Assembly (NCBI RefSeq): GCF_000143415.4
Contig: NW_003314272.1
Location: 2,071,728-2,135,727, forward strand
DNA: 64,000 nucleotides
Direction: 5' to 3'
DNA from: Selaginella moellendorffii
Lineage: Eukaryota > Plantae > Lycopodiophyta
A program made the translations under genes and the position numbers. This document shows, in pieces, positions 1 through 9,372 of this stretch. The notes beneath the pieces were generated by a model. It made no database searches. It saw only the letters and a list, made by a program, of their open reading frames with translations, and had not been told where the DNA came from. Numbering within the stretch: the first letter of the stretch is position 1; each line of letters opens with the position of its first letter.

Positions 1-1790
1 ATATTAAAAGGTAATAAAAGGAGAAGAAAAAATATAAACCAACCTGAAAAGAGTGATGTCCCCATTGGAACATCCTAACTTCCCACCATCCTAACCATGA
101 CTCAAGTTGTGGTAGGCAACTTACGTCTGTATGGCCATCTTCACGCCACCACATTCAGATCTCATTTGCTTTTGCCTCATGCTCTTCTTCAGAAGGTGCA
201 ACCTGCCATTGTTTGCACAACTCCTTAAATATTGATTGAAACTCTGGCTTGATAAGGTGGCAGTGCTGGTTTAGGCTTTGAGCCCAATGGAACTCACAAG
301 TCCTCTCACGACCTTCCAATGGTTGACCATTCCCAAAAACTGCTCGGATACCATTCCAATTTGCACCAGCCCCATCTGCCATGAAACCACGAAAGTTTGC
401 AGGCTTACCAGTCCGCTTTAGGACAATATCAGAGAGGGACTTCCAAAATATTTCCTGTGCTGTCTGGTCTTGTACTTTAAACTCTGCTGTCGCAATTGTT
501 AAATTACAACGTAGCCTATGAAAACATAAATATTATAACAATTTCAATATAATGAGAATAAAAATTACCTTGGATCATACACATGAGCTCCCATGGTTGT
601 CCAACCGGATACACGCTCCATATGGTCAAAATGTACCCATGCATTTGCAAGGTCACTGGACCCAAACATGTCCATTCGGGAGACAAGATCTACGCCAGAG
701 GCAGGGCCCATGGTAGACATTTTGAAGACGAAGGGGCGCTCTTGCTCATTCACAACTTGGTCTGGAAACAAACTTCCGTGGATGAACTCGTATGGACAAG
801 TCCGTTTCAATGCAAGGATAGAGTCAATTTTTGATTGCAACTTCCCCTCTCGAGATTCACACATCCAAGATTTTATCCTAAACAATATAATGTAAGAAAA
901 AATTATTATTATAACGTATGAAAAATAACAAATGTACCTCCTTAGGCTAGTAGCAGGTTGTACTCCTCGTAGTAAGTCCCGCAAGCTAGCCTCGTTTAGT
1001 TGAGTCTTTTGGCAACCTGGATTGAGTAAGGTATTTGCGATAAAATCCTTGAGGACGGTCTTCTGAACATGCTTCGGAGTTGCAGATGAGTTTCTCATAG
1101 TCTCTTCCTGTACAACATCTTTGAAACGGTTGAGAGAACTCCTTTGTATCCCTTCCTGCATTGGATGCATATGTGTGCCAACATGCACTGCAGCTCTTCC
1201 AGCCACTCCATCCCGTGGAAGAAAGTAGTACATCTTGGCATCGCAGATAGCACGACATAGAGGAGCATTTTGCAGAATCGACATTTGAATCCAACAGCAA
1301 TGGTGTCACAGGCTGGAGGATTGACTGCAGACCCTTCGAAAAAGATAGAGTTTCTAGAGCGGTCTCGATTGCATGCTTCATCCACACAATCTAAATGCCC
1401 GCCACAATGAACTATAGACACTGTGCCTTCAAAATGTTGGAAGTGTGTGGTCTTGATCTTGCACCAATTGTGGATATCCTGCTTGGTTTCCATCCCCTTC
1501 CGTTTGGAACCTGTGCTACTGACAAGAGGTGGTAGCTCGAAGAAAATGTTGCCGTTGTAGGAGGATGGAAGCTCACTCACAAGCCTATACAAAAATAAGT
1601 GCATGTCGATTGAGAGGCGTGAAAACTGGAAAGCATTGCTAACGGCTTTGAATATTGCTGAAGTTGGAGCTGGAGCTGGTGAATTTGGCGCCGACACTAG
1701 CATGACATCTTCACTTGAACTAGAAGAGGACGAGAGGATAACGACTGACTCTTGCTTCACATTCACTTTCGCTGAAGCGCATTTTGGCAT
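1..1790 (-). pseudogene. MULE transposase, multi-exon, 5' part; 1-bp frameshift near 1268
   Basis: N-terminal Cys/His region (HCGGHLDC..C, CRFCK, C..KM..HVGTHMHP; GCM/WRKY-like by inference), then HFDH (D1), GFMADG (D2) and the CEFH CxxH motif. GT-AG introns near 880-937 and 517-567. Copy B has 5 T where this copy has 4 T, which explains the frameshift. Confidence 0.8.
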
Positions 1791-2865
1791 TTTGACTGGA
1801 GATCCAAACACTCGAATCTCCTTCGACTTGGAATTTTGTAAATCCCATTGTTGTCCACCCTCGCCCACACCAGAAAGAAGAAACTCCGAGTATGCAACTA
1901 TACCGGTGTCGTTGCGGATCACAGCCTCTAAAGAAATAGAGCCAAGACGAAGATCAAAATGCCGACATAAAAAACTTTCAGAAACAATACTCTGAGAGAA
2001 TGAAAGAGGTGGGTGATCTCGAAAATGAAGAAGAAACCTCTCCATCCTTCTCAATAGGTTTTGGAGTTCTCTCTCTTTATGCTACTTGTAAAAATCTATA
2101 GTGAAACATAATTGAAATTTAAATAGAGTAATAAGAAGACAACGTACAAAATGAATTTAAATTCTATAGCAAATTTAACATGTGTAAGTGTGACAGTATT
2201 AATATTACTGTCATCTATTATGATGTCTGATGCATGTATACACATAGATCCAAGGAAAGATTTTCAGCACGTGAAGTTTGATAGTTAATAATGATACCAG
2301 TAATGACATTCAGCTATAACGTGTCAAACCAAGAGATCCAATCTAACTATCAGCACGTGTGATATGTCAAGTTGTCAAATTTTGAGTGGTAGATGATAAT
2401 AAATCTTGTCAAATCTTATTCTTCAATAATAGATTTGATTCGTAGTAACTCAAGTTTTATCCATAATTGTGAACACTGCTCAATGACATTTAAAGCACGT
2501 GCCTATTGTCTAGGATCTAATACAGTACAAAATAAATTTCTGGATGAGGATTCATCCATTCATAGATGGATATAGTACAACATATTTTAACGTGCCTTAT
2601 TTATACTCTTTGAAGTTCTTGTAACGATTCCAAAATATGTACAAAATAGTGATGAGAATGCATCCTTTCTAGATAATTTGTAAAATATAATATCATATCT
2701 CTAATAACAGAAATGTTGATAGGTGCTAGTTATACCATCATTAAAATATACAAAATAAAGAAGCATAATTTACATATAATAATAATGATAAGATAAAATA
2801 AGATCAAAGATATTGTGATGGTTGAGATTTAGGTTATTCGGAATGAACGGCCAGGATTAGAGATT

Positions 2866-3160
2866 GGTTAGGGTTAGGGCAGCCGTCAGGATTAGGGTTA
2901 GGGTAGCCGCCAAGATTAGTTTACTGTTTGCATCGTGAGTGGAGCGCGCAAGAGATCGAGAGATTGAGCGCGAAGGAGATTGAGGGATTGAGCGCGAAGG
3001 AGATCGAGCGATTGAGCGTGCAAGAGATCGAGAGATTGAGCGTGCAAGAGATCGAGAGATTGAGCGCGCGAGCAGGAGAGATTGAGCGCGTGAGTGGGAG
3101 AGATTGAGTGCGCGAGCAGGAGAGATTGAGTGCCCGAGCGGGAGAGATTGAGCGCACAAG
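2866..3160. repeat. CpG-rich tandem array (about 20-22 bp GAGATTGAGCGCG... units) preceded by a few TTAGGG-like units, just upstream of the cargo gene
   Basis: About 10 units visible directly; they generate the spurious low-complexity ORFs at 2857-3395. Confidence 0.85.
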
Positions 3161-3195
3161 AAATCTAGCACGATCAAGAAATCGAGGGAGGAAAG

Positions 3196-6100
3196 ATGCC
3201 GCCAAGGGTGAGTTTCGATTTGATTGCTTCCACTTCCATTTTTTGAGTCCATTGCTTCCATTCCATTTCTTCCCTTTTTTTTTTCTTGATTGCTTCTTTG
3301 CTGGCCGAGGTCGAGCTCGGGCGGGCCATCTCGGGCACTTTGGCTGCCCAGGGGGCCGAGGTTATTCAAATAACCTCGGCCCCGCCGACCCCTAAAGTGC
3401 CCGAGGTCGAGCTCGGGCCAGCCACCTCAGGCACTTCGGTTAGGCACCCTAAACCCTAAACCCCCCTGGGCAGCCAAAGTGCCCGAGGTGGAATCTAGGC
3501 CCACTTGATTTTTTTTTTCTCTTTGACTGTTTGAATTTCTCATTATCTTTATTTAGTTTGACTAACAAAACTTTTTCTCTTGCAGAAAAGGAAAATTGTA
3601 ACACAGAAAAAGGTTGTTGGAGCCAAGAAGACACGAGAAGTTCAATTTGGTACTGACGACGACATCACAATCGACATGTCCATTGGCACAACAGAGACAC
3701 ATTTAGATAGAGATTCACCACCTCCATCACCATCACCTCCACCATCACCACCTCCACCACCGCCATCGCCACCTCCACCACCTCCATCACCACATCCACC
3801 ACCTCCATCGCCACCGCCACCACCACCATTGCCACCACCACTACCACTATTGCCTCTGCCCCCGCCGCCACCGCCACCACCACCATTGCCACCACCACTG
3901 CCACTATTGCCTCTGCCCCCGCCACCACCGCCACCACCACCAACGCAAATCCCTGAAGTTGGGCAATCTAGTGGTGTTCACGATAGGGAATCTGACGAAC
4001 AGCCTGGAGCTGAAAGAGTTGTAGACCTTCCTGACAACGTGGTGGACAAGCGCTTCCAAGAGACTGTTATGCGGACAAGGGAAAAAGCAGTTCACCAAAC
4101 ACTTGAGGCGCTCAAGTGGCCAGGCCCTTGTGACTTGATCAGAGAAATCCCCCTTTGCCGTTTGCAGCAGACGAACCTTGTCCGCACAGCATCCAAGTAT
4201 GTCAACCCGGATATATACAGCTTGTTCAAACAGAATGGCCTTGCAACAAATATCGGTATGTTTCTAGTCTCTTTTTGCAAGCCAGGAACAACGGAGATCA
4301 TTACTATCACACCCGAGATTGTGAATAGCTGGGATCCTATTTGGAGGAGGAAGTCCCTAGAATTTGATGACATGCTTATCAGACATCCTGAGACTCGACA
4401 GCTTGCGGGGACAATGTTCCAAATTATTGACGGTAACCACCGATATGGAGCTTGGATGAAGTTTATCGACGATCATTTTCGCGATGATCCTGTCTACCAT
4501 ATCAACGTTCCAGTCGGCCATGTCTACGCGAGGGGACCTTTGGATGTCAACAGACTTATCTTGGCCTGCCAAAAGATCAATGCGTAAGTTTTATAATTTT
4601 ACCTCTAACTCCACTTTAACTTGTTTTGTTGTGTTTAAATGTAGGCTTGGGCAGTTTGCTGTTCAAAAACAAAATCTTGTCCATGACATCGAGCAACTTC
4701 GATTTTTGGCAGACTTGAGTGAGGATGACATCCGCCAACATTATGGTGATGATCTCGCAACACTTGTTCGGCACTCACGCACTCGAAATGACGGTACAAC
4801 TTGGTTCAACAACCCAATCAGTTTTATGCTCGCTGTGTGGTGTAAGGTATGTCTTTCCCTTTTATTTTATAAAAGCCTCTTTTAATTATTTTTGTTTTTA
4901 GCCTTTGGTGAAGGTCAAGCAGGATGCTTACGAACTTGCATATCCGGAGAAAAGTCGGGAAGAGCTCTCAGCTGAGTTTGTGCAAATTGAGCACAAAATT
5001 CAGCATGCAAAGTCCTCAAAGTTGAAGAAACTAGTATGCATTGCAGACAATCGCAGGCCGAAGGAGTGGCTAGAGACTATAGCCGAAATTTCTTCTCATG
5101 AATGTAAGTTTTTTATCACACTTCATTTTTCTTAATTATGCATATGTTACTTTTGCAGTGAACAAAACTCCAGATGACATGATTTACAATATCGCAAAAT
5201 CGAAGCTTCCATATAAGCAACAGATAGAGACTCTGGAGTTCCTCAATGTCTGCTTGATGAACAGAGAGAAAGGACTGCCAGAACTATTTGAGAACATGAT
5301 GAGAAGGGTTGTCTACATCACGCAAACTATAAGTGAAGGTGAGAAGTTTTTGGCACCACACATTGGTGACGATCCAGATGGCACATTCATGTCTTTCGAC
5401 ACCTATATCAACACGTCATTGGAAGGGATCGAAGAGGGGTGGCTGCCAGAGAAGTCTACAAGCACAACAACTTATGATTGCCAACATGGTCAACTTTATT
5501 TCATGCGACGTGCAGCTTATAGGTATAATATGATTTCTAAGACTGTTTTTTAATATATATTGTTTACAGGTATCTTCGATATAGAGGCATGCCATTTGAG
5601 GCACCAGTTTGCACTCGACTTGTTGCAAAGGGTGTAAGAGATGGAGGAATGTATCCAACAATGTTTGCGAGAGTTCCGAAGGCACGGAAGATAGAATGCC
5701 CTTGGGAGTTGGAACTCCTAGGGAAGGAGACCTCTACACTAGATCGCGAGGAAATTATCAATGCTAGCAACGATGGCAATGCAAGTGACGATGGAGACGA
5801 GGATGAGGAAGCTCCAGATCAAGTTCATGTTCCACCACCAGACAGTCAGGAACAGGCTCCAATTCAACCATCAAACAACCAAGATCCGGATCAGGTTTTA
5901 CCAGTAAATAACGATGATCAAGTGGTTCACCGAATATCATGTTGACCTCGAGGTAAGCAAAAGTGAATTTTACAAACTAAAGGTGGTAATACATGTTTTT
6001 TGCAGCAATGACTGTTGGTAGTAATTTCATTCCAGCTCGATGAGATGCTCGTGAAGAGGAGTTGGAGGAACTCTCATCGACAACACGCCATATGACGGTA

Positions 6101-7217
6101 TCATACTATTTATTACTTTTTTCATTCACTTAGCTCTTTTATAGGTCTGTCCTGTGTCCCCAATAACACAACGAGGCATTGTGGGTATCTTCATTGGCTC
6201 TTACAGTAGATTATTGACATCTTTCACGGAAGACGACATCAACATGGATATACGCCGCCAGTTCAACCGTTGGTGCCGAAAGATACAAAGGCCCATGCTC
6301 CCAGTTGCGGACTTCATTCTCTTCGACTTTCCAGATGGTCTTTCAGATATCGATGGGAAAGTTGAGGATTGGAACTTTCTCACACCTGACCACTTGCGCG
6401 ATGCATTCCTATTGTCCGAAGCACTTATGCTCGAAGCTGGCCATGTCGTCTTCATCCTACCGAACGACCCCAACTGGATGTATGAGCTTATGACGTGTGC
6501 AGCAGAAGTTCATTTCAAGTCATTCTCTTCCGGGTGCATTATGGATCCTATTGGCGTTGATACGAGGGGCGTCCAAGAGAAGCCTGAAAAGGTAAGTATG
6601 TATTTTATATTTTTATCTAATTTCTAAACATTTTTATTTTCCAGGTTATGATGTGGACCTATCATGCCTTCTGCAGAAACACACATGATGGGTTTCGTGA
6701 TAGTGAACGTGCAGCACGTGTTTTGCCTGGGTACGACAGTTCCACTAACATCATACCCAACCTTGTGGATGAGCAGATCTGCAACACGTTTCCAGGGTAC
6801 CGATTCCGAACTCCATCAGCAATGCAAGTCTTGCTTGAGCTCTATTGCCCACCAGATGGTATTTTGATTGATTGCACAGCAGGTAGTGGTTCTATGGTGG
6901 AGGCAGCACGTGACTCTGGTAGGTCGGTGTTTGCTATTGAAGAACATCATTTCTTCAAACGCCGGCTCAGAGGATTTCGTGAGTTGCCTTCAACCTCAAG
7001 GAGGTAAATTATGTTTTATTAAAATTTCAATATATATTTCATTCTATTTTATAGATCACAGTCACCTGGAGTTTCTAGAATTGGAGGCTTTCAAAGTCTC
7101 CCTGACTATGCAGAAGCCATGGCTCAACATATGCAAGGTGAATCTTCCCCACAATACCACTATAGGAAGAAGTATAAAAGAAATCATTATGTTGATGATG
7201 AGGCAGAAGAAAGTTAA
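3196..7217 (+). pseudogene. Transposon cargo gene: NLS - poly-Pro - ParB/Srx-like domain - acidic linker - N4/N6 DNA methyltransferase-like domain; 10 exons, two CGA>TGA stops
   Basis: Frame-consistent GT-AG splicing gives exons 3196-3207, 3586-4583, 4645-4846, 4902-5103, 5159-5522, 5570-5952, 6006-6097, 6145-6591, 6645-7003 and ~7055-7217. The product starts MPPRKRK, contains FQIIDGNHRY, ADFILFDFPDG and LLELYCPPDGILIDCTAGSGSMVEAARDSGRSVFAIE, and ends YVDDEAEES. Confidence 0.85.
3352..3383. repeat. 32-bp near-perfect palindrome in intron 1, among dispersed CCGAGGT/ACCTCGG inverted motifs
   Basis: GGGGCCGAGGTTATT-CA-AATAACCTCGGCCCC; counterpart at ~63910-63935. Confidence 0.85.
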
Positions 7218-7526
7218 TTGCATCCTTACATAAAATGGAAAGCTTGTTATATGTTAGATGTCAGTGAAAGTGTCAGATGTCAGTAAAATTGTCAGATGTC
7301 AGTGTCAGTGTCAGATACCATAATTATAGATTATCATTCTCACCTGTCACCATCACTTTGTAGCATTTGTGTGTTGCCATCTCCTCCTTCAACATTTTGT
7401 AAACAATTGTCTGTGATATGATAGCACCTTCTAGAACAAGATATGTTACCTACAACTAATATCATTTTATTATATTTTTTCTTTTAATAGTGACAATACT
7501 ATAGTATAGTAAAGTAATTCTAGATC

Positions 7527-8072
7527 TTACATTCCACTATAGGGTGGCCTAAAAACCCCATATTTTGCACTAGCCAATGCAGTGTTTCCCAAGGGGATGT
7601 TGTTCCTCACCATGAAGCAATAGTGGGTATGTGTCTGTAACTCATTCTTGAATCTATTGTACATCCACATGTGCACATTTTCCAGACCTGCCGTTGGGCA
7701 ATTCTTACAGTGCTCAAGAAAAGTTTGTAAACCCATAGAGCCATTTGTTTTGTCCAAGAAAAAGTAGCATATTAGACACCAAATGTAATAGCGTTCTGTG
7801 CTTTCAAGTAGTCCTGCCATGTCAGGAGCAAGATCTTGCAAAAACATGTGGCATTGCTCTTGAAGCGCTAAAGGCAATCCCTCTCTAGTAGCAAGATCCG
7901 GAATTTCACATATAGGGAGCTCTAATTCAGCTTCACTAGAGCCCTCAGCAGAAAAAGGATTGTTATGTAGAGGTGAAGGTGGAATGTTGGTAGAACTTGG
8001 GGATGGAGGTGGAGATTGATATAAAATGCTAGGGGGCCAAGTACGATTAGCAATGGGTCTCCTTTGAGCCAT
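7527..8072 (-). CDS. Right-arm cargo ORF (~181 aa from MAQRR) with CxxC...H...H zinc finger, zf-XS-like
   Basis: Open in copies A and E (53788-54333), frameshifted in B. Motif WC[LPS]IC-x9-[SYF]MGLQTFLEH...H-x9-EL. Confidence 0.6.
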   Translation of the reverse strand: MAQRRPIANRTWPPSILYQSPPPSPSSTNIPPSPLHNNPFSAEGSSEAELELPICEIPDLATREGLPLALQEQCHMFLQDLAPDMAGLLESTERYYIWCLICYFFLDKTNGSMGLQTFLEHCKNCPTAGLENVHMWMYNRFKNELQTHTHYCFMVRNNIPLGNTALASAKYGVFRPPYSGM

Positions 8073-8160
8073 TTCAATATAAACTTCTAAGGAGCTCAAG
8101 GAGAACAAAAAACCTACAATGACTATAACTTTTCTAGATAGTTTATATACTAAGTTTTAG

Positions 8161-8302
8161 TCTTGGGAATGCGGTTTATTTATTATGACACTGACAATAC
8201 TCAGATTCTTGGGAACGAGGTTTATTTATTATGACACTGACAATACTCAGATTCTTGGGAATGAGGTTTATTTATTATGACACTGACAATACTCAGATTC
8301 TT
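8161..8302. repeat. 46-bp tandem triplication specific to copy A
   Basis: TCTTGGGAATG(A/C)GGTTTATTTATTATGACACTGACAATACTCAGAT x3; a single unit in copies B and E. Confidence 0.9.
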
Positions 8303-9310
8303 TAAATGTCAGTCTTGGAAATGGGGCTTTATAATCATAGCTTTCTTTTAAACATAAGAGCTTCTAGAATTTTAGATTATCGTGTATGCACATGCTCTAT
8401 CATTATGATGAATCCTACTTTGCTACACATATACACATGCCAAATGTCTACGGAAATAAATTGCAAGGAAATATAGACCACATTATAGTGGTAGAGCACG
8501 TTGGCACGCTACCATTCTCTCATGTGAGATTGCCTTTTAGTCTTGGAAATGTAGATAAAGTTGATTCTTTGATGTCATATTACTTTTGAGTCTTTCGAAA
8601 GATTTTGATTTCTTTTATCATTATTTACAAACAATTCCCAAAAACTTTTAATGAGGATTCACTGCAAAATATACCTTGGTCTTATCATATGAGAGGATTG
8701 CGATATAGGCAAGCAATAGAGTTTTTAATATGAATTAATATGTAAATTACAAATGTCATGGAAAGTTTTATGGAGTAGATTTCTTGGCGCTTTCCGCTGT
8801 GCTGTTCATTTCTTCATTTCTCTTGCTCTAGACTGTTGTTTCAGAAGTAACAGGAGCATTTTTATCAATCGTGATAGTGGTCTCCACATTCCCAGATGGG
8901 TAATAAGGACCAGGAGTGTAATATGGAGATTGTGGTAGTGAAATAAAATTAACATTCTCACATTCCTTTGCACTACAACTCTTACTCATAGATCTTGTAT
9001 TTTCCTTGCTTCCCATCTTCTCAAGAACCCTAAAAACTCTTTTGAATGAAGGAATAGTATCTACAGCTGTAAAAGTATTCAAAATATTAAGTAGTCAAAT
9101 CAAATATGACAGCTGTAACAGTTGTCATAATAAAATAATATAGTTTTATAAAAGATAGGTTCTCATGAACTTTGTCTTTTTTAAACAATTCAATCTTATA
9201 GAAACTTTTAACTTAGATATTTACGTATTTTAATATTTTAAAGTTTGCTAGAACCTTCATTTGTTCAATTTAGATCTCCTTTGTAATATTTCTTATTGAC
9301 TATGTTGACT

Positions 9311-9372
9311 TGAGTTGACTTGTGTTGAATTGAGCTCAACTCATGAGCTCAACTCAACTTTGGACCATCCCC
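9311..9372. repeat. Right terminal repeat of MULE copy A with TTGAGCTCAA palindromes
   Basis: Homology among the family copies stops exactly after GGACCATCCCC. Confidence 0.85.

Larger units (their letters stand above)
1..9372 (+). mobile_element. MULE/Mutator-like DNA transposon, copy A (left end lies outside the window)
   Basis: Contains the transposase (- strand), ParB-MTase gene (+) and zinc-finger ORF (-). Ends in ...TGAGCTCAACTCAACTTTGGACCATCCCC; near-identical termini end at 39699 and 46032 and, inverted, start at 52579. Confidence 0.88.

Noticed and set aside
2866-2905. Interstitial telomere
   Set aside because: Only about four TTAGGG units within the transposon promoter region.
3665-3943. 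Val/Ala-rich ORFs (also 63550-63738) and extensin-like gene call
   Set aside because: Antisense reading of the poly-Pro tract of the cargo gene.
4400-7007. Bacterial contamination or a real partition/restriction-modification locus
   Set aside because: The gene has spliceosomal introns and an NLS and lies in a multicopy plant transposon nested with LTR elements.
7008-7233. Separate conserved ORF ...MQKPWLNICKV (also 37453-37674, 54665-54886)
   Set aside because: Alternative frame over the last intron and exon of the cargo gene.
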